A stretch of 64,000 nt of DNA from an uncultured Gammaproteobacteria bacterium (GTDB lineage Bacteria; Patescibacteriota; Microgenomatia; Levybacterales; UBA12049). Shown piece after piece: positions 44,069-53,937 of this stretch. The number at the start of each line of letters is the position of its first letter. The stretch's first letter is position 1. The DNA lies in assembly GCA_964507055.1 (NCBI GenBank), contig CAZDOJ010000002.1, positions 687 through 64,686 on the forward strand, given 5' to 3'. The notes beneath the pieces are model-generated. The model saw only the letters and a list, made by a program, of their open reading frames with translations. It was not told the origin of the DNA and did no database searches. Both the position numbers and the translations under genes were made by a program.

Positions 44069-44899
44069 TTACAAAGAAGCTGTTTCTATCTTTAGTCCTG
44101 GTGACATTGTGGATTTCAAGGTTACATTCTTAATATTCTTTACTTTAACTGCACTTACAGCTGTTTTGATGTTATCAGCTAATTTTTTATCACCAAATGA
44201 AACTTTACCTACTGCCATATGAAGAATAGGGAATTTAGCTTCAGTTTTGAAATTAATTTGTCCACCAGCAAACTTCTTTGCTGCTTCCTCAGGTTTTGGA
44301 GTCACTGTTCCATTTTTTGGATTTGGCATAAGTCCTCGTGGTCCAAGCACACGTGCAACTCGTGCAAGTTTTGGCATAGAATCAGGTGTCGCGATCAACA
44401 CATCAAAATCTACTTTTCCAGCTTCAATTGCTTTAATTAATTCTTCAACAGCTTTTGGATCTTCAGAAGCATTTGCAACTACAACTCGTGTCTCTTTACC
44501 AGTTCCATGAGGCAATACGACATTTCCATTGATTCCTTTTTCATTTGTATTAATGTGAAGTTCGACCGTTTCATCAAACTTTGCTCTTTGGAGCTTTGGA
44601 AGTAATTCGAGTGCTTCCGCTAAAGCGTATTTTTTATTCTTATCAACTTCAGATGAAACTTTATTGTAACTCTTTGAGTGTTTTACTTTCTTTTCAGCAG
44701 TTTGCTTTACGTAGTTTTTCCCTTTTTCAGGTTTTGATTCCGGAGATTCAGTTACTTCAGCTGTTGCTACTTTTTCATCAGCAGCTTTTGCCGCTGCTTC
44801 TAATCCAGCTTTTTTTGCTTCAGCCTTTTTCTCAGCTCGTAGCTTTTCTTTATTTTCTTGTTCTTCGTCTCCGACTGTTTTGACTCTAATTTTTCCCAT
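44069..44899 (-). CDS. rplA: 50S ribosomal protein L1 with a ~95-aa Lys/Glu/Ala-rich N-terminal extension.
   Basis: L1 core GKVDFDVLIATPDSMPKLARVARVLGPRGLMPNPKNGTVT. N-terminus KEKLRAEKKAEAKKAGLEAAAKAADEK. Confidence 0.85.
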   Translation of the reverse strand: MGKIRVKTVGDEEQENKEKLRAEKKAEAKKAGLEAAAKAADEKVATAEVTESPESKPEKGKNYVKQTAEKKVKHSKSYNKVSSEVDKNKKYALAEALELLPKLQRAKFDETVELHINTNEKGINGNVVLPHGTGKETRVVVANASEDPKAVEELIKAIEAGKVDFDVLIATPDSMPKLARVARVLGPRGLMPNPKNGTVTPKPEEAAKKFAGGQINFKTEAKFPILHMAVGKVSFGDKKLADNIKTAVSAVKVKNIKNVTLKSTMSPGLKIETASL

Positions 44900-44910
44900 A
44901 ATATCCTTTC

Positions 44911-45333
44911 TTATTCTACTGCGATACCCATTGATCGTGCAGTTCCTGCTACGATTCGAGCACCCATTTCGACATCATCTGTATTCAAATCTTCAAGTTT
45001 TGTCTCAGCAATTTCTTTTGCTTGAGCCATTGTTAATGTTGCATGCTTTTCTCGTCCTGGTTTTTGGCCACCTTTATCTTTACCGATTGCCTTTTTGATC
45101 ATTTCAGCAACTGGTGGTTTTTTCGTAATGAAATCAAATGTACGATCTTCGTATACTGTGATAACAACAGGGATAACATTTCCCTTAAGTTCAGCTGTCT
45201 TATCGTTATACGCTTTAACGAACTCCATGATATTCAAACCATGAGGTCCAAGTGCTGTACCAACAGGTGGTGCTGGTGTTGCTGCTCCTGCTGGAAGAGC
45301 AATTTTAATTAATGTTTTAATTTTCTTTGCCAT
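44911..45333 (-). CDS. rplK: 50S ribosomal protein L11.
   Basis: [32 protein letters not shown]. Confidence 0.9.
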   Translation of the reverse strand: MAKKIKTLIKIALPAGAATPAPPVGTALGPHGLNIMEFVKAYNDKTAELKGNVIPVVITVYEDRTFDFITKKPPVAEMIKKAIGKDKGGQKPGREKHATLTMAQAKEIAETKLEDLNTDDVEMGARIVAGTARSMGIAVE

Positions 45334-45340
45334 AGTGTTA

Positions 45341-46009
45341 TTAGATCTTCTTAACTTGTAAGAAGTCGAGTTCTACTGGAGTTTCACGTCCAAAGATACT
45401 TACGAGAACTTTAACTTTACCTCGAGCGTCATCAATGGATTCGATTGTACCTAAGAATTCACTGAAAGGACCGTCTGTAATCTTCACAGCTTCACCAACA
45501 ACAAATTGTACTTTGTACATTGGTTCCTCGAGTTGCATAAACTTCTGGATTGCTTCAACTTCTTTTTCAGAGATTGGAGTTGGTTTGTTACCAGCACCAA
45601 TGAATGAAGTAACACCTTGTGTACTTCTGACCATGAACCAAGTTTCATCGTCAAGCTTCATCTTTACCAAAACATATCCTGGAAAGATCTTTTCTTTAAC
45701 GGTTTCTTTTTTGCCTTGTGAAACTTTAATTGTATTTCGTGTAGGAACGATGATATCAAAAACTCGATCTGTGAACTTCATCGCTTCAACACGCTGTTTA
45801 AGTGATCGCTCTACTTTGTTTTCGTGTCCAGCGTAGGTATGAATGATGTACCATCGTGCACCTTCTGAAGCTTTTGCTCGTGCATCAGCATCTTCTTGTG
45901 CTTTCTTTGCAGCATCATCTGCGATTACATCTTCGACAGGAGTTTCTTCCTGTACTTCAGTAGCCTCTACTTCTTGTTCGTCTTTAACTGTTTGTTTTGT
46001 GTGATCCAT
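45341..46009 (-). CDS. nusG: Transcription termination/antitermination factor NusG with an acidic N-terminal extension.
   Basis: [25 protein letters not shown] (NGN domain). C-terminal KOW ([25 protein letters not shown]). Confidence 0.85.
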   Translation of the reverse strand: MDHTKQTVKDEQEVEATEVQEETPVEDVIADDAAKKAQEDADARAKASEGARWYIIHTYAGHENKVERSLKQRVEAMKFTDRVFDIIVPTRNTIKVSQGKKETVKEKIFPGYVLVKMKLDDETWFMVRSTQGVTSFIGAGNKPTPISEKEVEAIQKFMQLEEPMYKVQFVVGEAVKITDGPFSEFLGTIESIDDARGKVKVLVSIFGRETPVELDFLQVKKI

Positions 46010-46015
46010 AATATT

Positions 46016-46198
46016 TTATCTTAGTAATGTTTCGACAGCAGTGGTGAAGACATAATCTAAACCTCCAATGTACAAGCCCATTATAACACTTAATATGATA
46101 ACAATTGTGGTCAATCGAAAAACTTCTTTCCGTGTCGGCCAAACTACAAGTTTGAGTTCATCCCATATCTGGCGGAAAAATATTATCGGTGCTGTCAT
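46016..46198 (-). CDS. secE: Preprotein translocase subunit SecE.
   Basis: 60 aa, VVWPTRKEVFRLTTIVIILSVIMGLYIGGLD. Canonical position upstream of nusG. Confidence 0.8.
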   Translation of the reverse strand: MTAPIIFFRQIWDELKLVVWPTRKEVFRLTTIVIILSVIMGLYIGGLDYVFTTAVETLLR

Positions 46199-46301
46199 GT
46201 TAACAAATACAAAAGCTCCACGTCGTGGAGTTTGGGCTTGAAGTATTTTATCAGATCAGATAATGCTTGACAAGTGGTAGTAGATCATTCATGCTGAGTT
46301 T

Positions 46302-46970
46302 ATGATAAGTGAAGAGGTAATTTCCTATATAAGAAAAGCACATAGCCTAAAGGTTTCAGACCAGCAAATCACAACAGATCTTCAAAGAAGTGGCTGGACG
46401 CTTAATGATATTCAACAAGGATTTGCACAAGAGTCGGGGAAAGTTATAACAGAAGATCTTACACCGCCAATGAAACCAGCAGCGGTAAATGCCCATGGAA
46501 TGTGGGATGCTTTTGAGCACATTCTCCTTTTTATTAGTCTCTATGTTATGGCAACATCTATCGCTGTTATCTTATATTTTCTAGTTGATAAGTGGAGCCC
46601 AAGCTCACTTGCTGCTGTAAGTTCTAATGCTTACATTAACGATACAGCAGAAATTATTGTGAGAGGCTTTTTGGCAGCTCTTATCGTCTCTCTTCCGCTT
46701 TTTATTTTCTTTTATTTAGATATAACAAAAAGAACACTTAAAGATGCAACAATGCGTAATATCCGTGCAAGGAAAATATTAATCTATATTACTTTGGTTA
46801 CAACTTTCCTTACGATGCTGGGGCATATCATCGGAGTGATTTTTTCTTTATTGAGTGGGAGTGTCGATCTTAATTCAGTGCTTCATTTACTTGTTACTCT
46901 TCTTATAAACGGTATTATCTTTGCATATTACTTATTACAGGTAAAAGAGGATAGGAGTATTCATGCGTAG
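46302..46970 (+). CDS. Hypothetical multi-pass membrane protein.
   Basis: Soluble N-terminal ~60 aa, then 4 TM helices. Confidence 0.35.
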   Translation: MISEEVISYIRKAHSLKVSDQQITTDLQRSGWTLNDIQQGFAQESGKVITEDLTPPMKPAAVNAHGMWDAFEHILLFISLYVMATSIAVILYFLVDKWSPSSLAAVSSNAYINDTAEIIVRGFLAALIVSLPLFIFFYLDITKRTLKDATMRNIRARKILIYITLVTTFLTMLGHIIGVIFSLLSGSVDLNSVLHLLVTLLINGIIFAYYLLQVKEDRSIHA

Positions 46971-47826
46971 TTATTACCTTTTTTCAGCTGTACTAGGACT
47001 TTTAGGTTTAGCATTGATTATTACTACATTTGGAATAATAGGTTCGCCTCTCGACCAAAAAGCAAAACAGTTTGATGCACAGAGACTAAATGATTTTTCT
47101 GCAATTGCAAGTACAATGGATACCTATTTATACGACAAAAAAGAACTTCCTAAAAAACTTTCTGATCTGAAAGACAATGGGACCACTAGTAGTCAGTTGT
47201 CATTTACAGATCCTGAAACGAAAAAAGAATATGCTTATACAGTAGTTAATACTCATTCATATCAATTATGTACTGATTTCTCCTCGGATATGGTTTCCGA
47301 TGAAGTTAAAAATTATAGTAGTGGTACGTATGTAGATACGTACTACCTTAATCGATATGCCAAAGATAAGAATTTTAAGCATAAAAAAGGCTACGATTGT
47401 TTAACATTTGAACATCCTGAACCAGAGAATACTATGCAATATAATACGAATAGCTATACATATCCACAAATATCCTCTACAATTTCAAAATCCTCAACTC
47501 CATCAGCTAAGTTGCTTAGTGTTAAAAAAACAGGGGATTGTGAATGGGTGGCAACGCTTCAGCTTGAAGGATTTTCTCCAAATACAACATTTTATGCAAA
47601 ATCAGAAGGGACAATAACTGAAGGATGCGATACTGCTAACACACATCCATATAGTTGGATGGCAGGACCAGGTGGACAAGCTGACGCGAATGGGAATACA
47701 GTTTTTGATTACACACAGCGTGATTATGGTAACTATACATATACCTTTACTGACACACAAGGGAAATCAGCAGCAGTGAGTTTCAAATATTCACTTACAA
47801 CAACTCCCACACCAAGTGCCAACTAG
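46963..47826 (+). CDS. Hypothetical secreted or anchored protein.
   Basis: N-terminal TM. No recognisable family. Confidence 0.35.
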   Translation: MRSYYLFSAVLGLLGLALIITTFGIIGSPLDQKAKQFDAQRLNDFSAIASTMDTYLYDKKELPKKLSDLKDNGTTSSQLSFTDPETKKEYAYTVVNTHSYQLCTDFSSDMVSDEVKNYSSGTYVDTYYLNRYAKDKNFKHKKGYDCLTFEHPEPENTMQYNTNSYTYPQISSTISKSSTPSAKLLSVKKTGDCEWVATLQLEGFSPNTTFYAKSEGTITEGCDTANTHPYSWMAGPGGQADANGNTVFDYTQRDYGNYTYTFTDTQGKSAAVSFKYSLTTTPTPSAN

Positions 47827-47833
47827 AATAGCT

Positions 47834-49609
47834 CTATTTTACTGTCACACTTTTGGCTAAATTACGTGGCTTATCCGGATCTTCTATGTTTCGTTCCAAG
47901 GCTAAATAGTAAGCAAAAAGTTGTGCAATAACAATTTGAGGAATCATTGTTGCTTCTTTTATATCAGCTGTTTCTATAAAAGTATCAAAAACACCATTGT
48001 TCTTTGGACCAATTCCGATTACATATGCTCCGCGTGCTTTTACTTCTTGTGCATTTGAGATGATTGCATCATACGTCTCATCATTTGGAGCGTAAATGAT
48101 ACAAGGAGTGCCTTTCTCAATTAATGCCATAACGCCATGTTTTAATTCGCCTCCTGCAAAACCCTCAGCATGGACATAGCTTGTTTCTTTGATTTTGAGA
48201 GTAGCCTCCATCGCTGTTGCATATGATAAACCCCGTCCCAAAATATAATAGTGTTCTTTGTCTTTGAGTTTTTTTGCTAGTTCCTTAATTTGTTTGATCG
48301 TATTTTCTTTTAATAATTCTTGTACATTTTTTGCAGCAGCGAGGAGTAGGGAAGATGCTTCATTCGGTCTTCCTGCCAAAGTATATGCAGTTAAGATAAG
48401 TGTCGAAACCATTGCCATAAAGCTTTTAGTTGCTACAACAGCTTTTTCTTGCCCCGCACCGAGGACGATATTATAATCAGCTTGGCGATAGAGCGTCGAT
48501 CCAATCACATTTACGAGAGCGGCGATAGTAACACCTTTCTCTTTCGCTTTGCCGACAGGTTCTGTCACATCTACAGTTTCACCACTTTGTGAGATAGGGA
48601 TTAATAATGTTTTATCTGTCAGATAATCTTCAAGGTATTCAAATTCAGATCCAATTGAGAAGTTAACATGCTTTTTTGCAATAGATGAGAAAAGATATAC
48701 ACCAGCAAGTGCAGCATATGATGCTGTTCCACAGCCGACCATAAATGTTCCAAAAGCTTTATGGATTCGTTCGGCGAGCTCTTTTGTTTGCTCATGATAG
48801 GTTAACGCAATATTCTCAATTACTCGTGGTTGTTCGTGAATTTCTTTTAAAAGAAAATGTGGGAAATCACCTTTTGTTGTATTTTCAAATTCCCAAGTTA
48901 ATTTACTTATTTCAGGTTCAACTTCTTTTCCATCAGGGAGTTGCAGTAATTTCATTGTTTTTCCAAGAATTACCATTTGATGATCTGCGAGAAAGACAAC
49001 ATTTCTTGTATAAGGTGCAATCCCTGAAGCATCTGAAGCTACATAATAATCATCTCCATCGATCCCGACAATAAGAGGGGAGCCTGATTTTGCAGCAATG
49101 ATCTCTTTTGAAGGTGCATATGCGACCACAATTGCATTCATTCCCTGCAGTGCATTAAATGCATCTCGTGTTGCTGTCGCAAAACCTTTTGTTTTTAAAT
49201 TCTCCTCGATCAGGTGTGCAATAACTTCAGTATCTGTTTCAGAAATAAATGCGTGTCCTTGGTTTCGAAGCGTTTCTTTGAGTTCTTGGAAGTTTTCGAT
49301 GATGCCATTGTGGACGACTGCAATATTTTTTTGACAATCTACGTGAGGATGAGCGTTGCTTTCTGTTACTCCTCCATGTGTCGCCCAACGTGTATGTCCG
49401 ATTGCCAGTTGGGTTTCAAGTTTGGCGAAGTCTGTGTTGAGTGAGAGGTTCCCGATCTTTCCAACATGCTTCTCTGTTGTGATCGTTTTGCCTGATTTAA
49501 TTGCGATTCCCCATGAATCGTAACCACGATATTCGAGCGTCTTGAGTCCTTCAAAGACTGTTTTCGAGGCATTTGTTTTGGTTCCGATATAACCGTAAAT
49601 TCCGCACAT
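47834..49609 (-). CDS. glmS: Glutamine--fructose-6-phosphate aminotransferase (isomerising).
   Basis: N-terminal MCGIYGYIG (Ntn Cys). Two SIS domains. 591 aa. Confidence 0.9.
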   Translation of the reverse strand: MCGIYGYIGTKTNASKTVFEGLKTLEYRGYDSWGIAIKSGKTITTEKHVGKIGNLSLNTDFAKLETQLAIGHTRWATHGGVTESNAHPHVDCQKNIAVVHNGIIENFQELKETLRNQGHAFISETDTEVIAHLIEENLKTKGFATATRDAFNALQGMNAIVVAYAPSKEIIAAKSGSPLIVGIDGDDYYVASDASGIAPYTRNVVFLADHQMVILGKTMKLLQLPDGKEVEPEISKLTWEFENTTKGDFPHFLLKEIHEQPRVIENIALTYHEQTKELAERIHKAFGTFMVGCGTASYAALAGVYLFSSIAKKHVNFSIGSEFEYLEDYLTDKTLLIPISQSGETVDVTEPVGKAKEKGVTIAALVNVIGSTLYRQADYNIVLGAGQEKAVVATKSFMAMVSTLILTAYTLAGRPNEASSLLLAAAKNVQELLKENTIKQIKELAKKLKDKEHYYILGRGLSYATAMEATLKIKETSYVHAEGFAGGELKHGVMALIEKGTPCIIYAPNDETYDAIISNAQEVKARGAYVIGIGPKNNGVFDTFIETADIKEATMIPQIVIAQLFAYYLALERNIEDPDKPRNLAKSVTVK

Positions 49610-49677
49610 AGAACCTGTTCAGTGTAGTTACTGAGATAATCCTTGTCAAGCCAAACTTCATCGAGTATAATCATGGC

Positions 49678-50568
49678 ATGGCTCAGAAAAAAATCCGTAA
49701 AGCAGTGATCCCCGCAGCAGGGTTCGGTACTCGTTTTCTCCCTCAAACAAAAGCTATGCCAAAAGAAATGCTTCCTGTCGTTGATAAGCCAGTTATTCAA
49801 TACGTCGTTGAAGAAGCAGTCCAATCAGGAATTCGTGATGTTATCATAGTAACTGGAGCTTTAAAGCGTGCGATTGAAGATCATTTCGATTTCCCAAATG
49901 CAGATCTTATCCAAAATCTTGAAGCTGGCGGTAAAACAGAACTTCTCAAGCAAACTCGTGCGATCTCAGAAATGGCAAACTTTATTTATATTCGACAAAA
50001 AGGAATGTACGGAAATGGAACACCAGTTTTGTCAGCAGAACCAGTCATTGAAGATGAATTCTTTGCTGTACTTTGGGGAGATGAATTTATTTATAGTAAT
50101 CCACCAAGACTCGCACAAATGATGGCTGTGCACGAAAAGCATGGTGGTGCAGTTATCTCAGGTGTCCGTATCAAAAATAAAGCAGACCTTAAGCGATATG
50201 GTATCGCAGAGGTTGAAAGTATGGGTGGCAATATTCACAGAATTAAAAAGATTGTTGAGAAACCAAATCCAGAAGATGCCCCTTCAGATCTTGCAACACA
50301 CGGTGCATATATTTTGCCTCCAGATATCTTTGGAATATTGCGTGATCAAAAACCAGGAACAGGTGGAGAAATTTACCTTCCAGAGGCTATTGATCAATTA
50401 ATCAAGACTGGATATCCTGTTTATGCATGTGAAGTCGAAAATGGTCGCTACTATGATACTGGAAATAAGCTTGAATACTTAAAGACCGTGATCGAATTTG
50501 CACTACAACATCCTGATATCAAAGACAGTTTTGTTGAATACCTCAAGACGCTTGAATTGAAGAAATAG
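49678..50568 (+). CDS. galU: UTP--glucose-1-phosphate uridylyltransferase.
   Basis: KAVIPAAGFGTRFLPQTKAMPKEMLPVVDKPVIQYVVEEA. Confidence 0.85.
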   Translation: MAQKKIRKAVIPAAGFGTRFLPQTKAMPKEMLPVVDKPVIQYVVEEAVQSGIRDVIIVTGALKRAIEDHFDFPNADLIQNLEAGGKTELLKQTRAISEMANFIYIRQKGMYGNGTPVLSAEPVIEDEFFAVLWGDEFIYSNPPRLAQMMAVHEKHGGAVISGVRIKNKADLKRYGIAEVESMGGNIHRIKKIVEKPNPEDAPSDLATHGAYILPPDIFGILRDQKPGTGGEIYLPEAIDQLIKTGYPVYACEVENGRYYDTGNKLEYLKTVIEFALQHPDIKDSFVEYLKTLELKK

Positions 50569-50762
50569 TTCTTTCTTGTACTTTGTGCCGACAAAGTACC
50601 AAAGCTCTCCGTCAAATACTGTGCTCACTAAAAAGTTTATTCCATTCGCTAACACCCGGACTGCACTTCGTTCCGCCTTGCTGGTTTTCCGCTTTCAGCG
50701 GACGCTCATTCCATAAACTTTTCTTAACGTGTGCTCGTAACTGATGGATTTGGAGTTTAGAG

Positions 50763-52133
50763 TTATTCAACGAGGCTGCAGGCGATTTTGATGCCTTCAG
50801 AATAGGTAGGGTAGGCGTGGATCATATCAGCAAGCTCATCTGCAGTTACGCGGCATTTCATAGCCAATGCTATCTCATGGATCATTTCACCGGCTCTTGG
50901 GGCAACGATTGAACCACCGATGATGACACCTTTTTTATCTGTAATTACTTTGACAAAACCATCAAATTCATTTTCGGTATTCGCACGTCCAAGCATGCCA
51001 AGTGCCATGATGCCTTTTTTGATTTTAATCTTCTTTTCGTTTGCTTCGACCTCACTGATACCAACTGATGCAACTTCAGGACTGACGAAAACACATCGTG
51101 GGACGACAGTGTAATCAGGCTCTACTTGGTCGCGGGAGAACATATTTTGTGCTGCGATATAGCTTTGGAATGAGCTTGTGTGGGTAAATAGGTATGGACC
51201 GACTAAATCTCCAGCAGCATAAATGTGGGGGACACTCGTTTGCAAATTCTTTTTAACGACGAGCTTATGATCTTTGATCTTAAGTCCAGCCTTTTCTGGA
51301 GCAAAACTCATCACTGGAACTTTTCCTAATGCACAAAGGATTTCTTCGTATTCGTGTGAAAATGATTCATTACCTGATTTGAAATAGACAGCTTTATGTC
51401 CATTTCTTTTCTCAACTTTTTCGACATTTGTATTCGTGAGAACTTTGATTCCTGCATTTTCAAAGAGGGCTTCGACCAATTCACTGACTTCAAGATCTTC
51501 TTTACTCAGGATTCTTTCTGATCGGTTTACAAGCGTTACTTTGGTACCAAAGCTTGAAAAGATTTGAGCAAATTCGCAGGCAATTGCACCACCACCGTAA
51601 ATTAACATTGATTTTGGTGGGTGATCGAGGTCAATTGCTTCACGGAATGTTATGTATCCAGTCTCTTCCAATCCCTCGACATGAGGCACAAAGGTTTTTG
51701 ATCCGGTTGCCAAAAGGATTTTCGCGGCAGAATATGTTTTGCCATTAGCTTCGACTTCATGGGGTGAAACAAATTCTGCCTTATGTTGAATTAAGGTAAT
51801 GCCTTCTTTCTTAAATGAGGCTTCCCCATGAGCTGCACCTGTTCTTGAAACAACCAAGTCTTTCCAGCGTTTTACTGCATGGTAATTGACTGAAGTCTTT
51901 TCGTTTTCTGTACCAAAAAGCTTTGAGCCAAGTGTGGTTTGATAAACATGACCTGCATGCAAAAGAGCCTTTGTAGGAACGCATGCATAGTTTGGACATT
52001 CACCACCGACAGCAGATGCTTCAAATATTGCAACTTTTTTACCAAGTGAATCTGCATAATGTGCCGCGACACTTCCACCAGAACCACTTCCTATAATGAT
52101 TAAATCGTAATCGTATTTTTTCTTGCTAAACAT
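50763..52133 (-). CDS. FAD-dependent pyridine nucleotide-disulfide oxidoreductase (dihydrolipoyl-dehydrogenase family).
   Basis: GSGSGG FAD motif. Redox-active GGECPNYACVPTK. Second Rossmann fold GGGAIACEFA. C-terminal dimerisation HAYPTYSE. Confidence 0.75.
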   Translation of the reverse strand: MFSKKKYDYDLIIIGSGSGGSVAAHYADSLGKKVAIFEASAVGGECPNYACVPTKALLHAGHVYQTTLGSKLFGTENEKTSVNYHAVKRWKDLVVSRTGAAHGEASFKKEGITLIQHKAEFVSPHEVEANGKTYSAAKILLATGSKTFVPHVEGLEETGYITFREAIDLDHPPKSMLIYGGGAIACEFAQIFSSFGTKVTLVNRSERILSKEDLEVSELVEALFENAGIKVLTNTNVEKVEKRNGHKAVYFKSGNESFSHEYEEILCALGKVPVMSFAPEKAGLKIKDHKLVVKKNLQTSVPHIYAAGDLVGPYLFTHTSSFQSYIAAQNMFSRDQVEPDYTVVPRCVFVSPEVASVGISEVEANEKKIKIKKGIMALGMLGRANTENEFDGFVKVITDKKGVIIGGSIVAPRAGEMIHEIALAMKCRVTADELADMIHAYPTYSEGIKIACSLVE

Positions 52134-52165
52134 AATATTTTCGGGGAAAGGGTTTAACTTTACCC

Positions 52166-52459
52166 TTATGAAAGATCTTTGTGTGTTTGATATAAGTATG
52201 CAGCATCAGGATGATACTTCTTCAAACTCTTCGTCGCTGACTTTTGTAATGCATCCGAAGTAATCTCTTTGGTATCTTTCAATTCCGTTTTTACTTCCTC
52301 TGTCACCATATGTGAAATGGTTTCTGCTTCCTCATCAGACATCCTCAAACTCAAAAGTGATGCATACACACTCGCATATAACTTGCGTTCATCGAATGCT
52401 TCTTTGTGACCTTTGCGTTTAACTATATGATTCATATTATCCAAAATTGATTGTGCCAT
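52166..52459 (-). CDS. Hypothetical small protein.
   Basis: ORF only. Confidence 0.3.
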   Translation of the reverse strand: MAQSILDNMNHIVKRKGHKEAFDERKLYASVYASLLSLRMSDEEAETISHMVTEEVKTELKDTKEITSDALQKSATKSLKKYHPDAAYLYQTHKDLS

Positions 52460-53141
52460 TTGCGATAAGGATCAATAACCAACCAAGTCCGATCAGCATG
52501 AAACCGATTGCAAATCGCATATAGCCTTTGTTTGCTTGCTTCCATTTCTTGATTTTACTAACTTTTGTTCCACCTGCAACTAAGAGCAAGATAACGATTA
52601 ATGGTAAGACGAAGATGAAGTTATACAATACTAATAATCCAAATGCATAGATATCAAAGTTTAGAGAAAGCAATGTTATGATGGCCAAGTATGGAGCTCC
52701 AGTACAAGGCAATTCTACTGCTGATATAAACGCTCCAAGGAGAATAACACCAGGTACAGTTACATTCTGAGAATATTTATGGATCATGGCTGCAAAGACT
52801 GGAGGAATTTGTAATGAAAAACCTTTGCCATACCAATAATAATCTTTGATTTCCAGGACACCAGCCATGATAACGAATGTTCCAACGATTAAAGCTAGGT
52901 ACTCAGCCACAAATAGGGGAACTGCTGACAAGAAGTACACTAGTCCAAGTCCAGCAACCAAGTAAGTGATAAAGATAGCCCCTATGTACAATCCACCAAG
53001 CATGAGAAGTCGTCGCACAGATCCTTTACCACTAAGGATAACTGAAACCATAAGGATCAATACACCGATCGCACATGGATTAATGGAATCAACTGCTGCG
53101 GATAAAATAACTATAGATAATGTTGGGACATCAATGACCAT
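52437..53141 (-). CDS. CcdA/DsbD-family thiol:disulfide electron-transfer membrane protein.
   Basis: Two TM-embedded Cys (SINPCAIGVL and ELPCTGAPY) in a 6-TM protein. Confidence 0.7.
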   Translation of the reverse strand: MVIDVPTLSIVILSAAVDSINPCAIGVLILMVSVILSGKGSVRRLLMLGGLYIGAIFITYLVAGLGLVYFLSAVPLFVAEYLALIVGTFVIMAGVLEIKDYYWYGKGFSLQIPPVFAAMIHKYSQNVTVPGVILLGAFISAVELPCTGAPYLAIITLLSLNFDIYAFGLLVLYNFIFVLPLIVILLLVAGGTKVSKIKKWKQANKGYMRFAIGFMLIGLGWLLILIANGTINFG

Positions 53142-53866
53142 TATTGTCTTTCTCCTTTCAGTTTATCAATTTCTTCTGCAACTTTATAGCTTCTGCAGAG
53201 TTTGTCTGTTTTATCTTTGTTCGGACCAAACTCAACGATGATGCAATCTCCAGGTGGTACTTGAGAATGAGGAGAGATAAGATATGATGCAGGATCATCT
53301 AGTTTCTTTTGTGTGTAGTAGAGATCATCACTTGTTTGATACACGAATACTTGCATTTGGCCTTCAGACCCATCTGCACACATGCTGCCATTGGTATATG
53401 GAACAGGACCATTATTTGTTGGAACGATTACAGAATCACTCTTTAAGTCTCCGCCAATAACTTGGAAGAATTTGCCAAGACTTGCATCTTCAGGATGAAC
53501 GACGACACCTTCTAAATGAATTCTTTTATCATTATGCTCGTGAAGTGTTGCTGTACCGATTTTATTACTAAGAAATCCTGTTGGATCTTGCAATTCAACT
53601 TCTTTACCACAAGCCCAGATTTCGATATCCGCGTGCCAATGGACTGGACCTTTACTCACTGAAACCGTATTGAGATATACGGTTGAGACAATCATATAAA
53701 GAGTTGGGATTGCAATGACAAGGCAAATTGAGAAGAAGAGGAATTTCTTCAGTTTTTCATTAAGATACTTTTCGTGCAGAGAAATACCTACGAGGACAGC
53801 AAGGACGACAGTAGCTCCTATAAGGATATTGACCGAGTTTCTAGCAATTGATTCTTCTAATCCCAT
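53141..53866 (-). CDS. Hypothetical membrane protein with His/Cys-containing extracytoplasmic domain.
   Basis: 2 TM helices, then HWHADIEIWACGKEVE ... TLHEHNDKRIHLEG. Confidence 0.3.
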   Translation of the reverse strand: MGLEESIARNSVNILIGATVVLAVLVGISLHEKYLNEKLKKFLFFSICLVIAIPTLYMIVSTVYLNTVSVSKGPVHWHADIEIWACGKEVELQDPTGFLSNKIGTATLHEHNDKRIHLEGVVVHPEDASLGKFFQVIGGDLKSDSVIVPTNNGPVPYTNGSMCADGSEGQMQVFVYQTSDDLYYTQKKLDDPASYLISPHSQVPPGDCIIVEFGPNKDKTDKLCRSYKVAEEIDKLKGERQ

Positions 53867-53937
53867 TTGGTTTATAAAACCTGCCTATATTTACAGTACA
53901 GTATTTGCGATATCGAATGCAAGTAGTTTTCTTAAGT

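Noticed and set aside
50763-52133. Mercuric reductase (MerA) identity for the disulfide oxidoreductase.
   Set aside because: There is no N-terminal HMA/GMTCxxC domain and no C-terminal Cys-Cys pair. It fits the generic Lpd family better.
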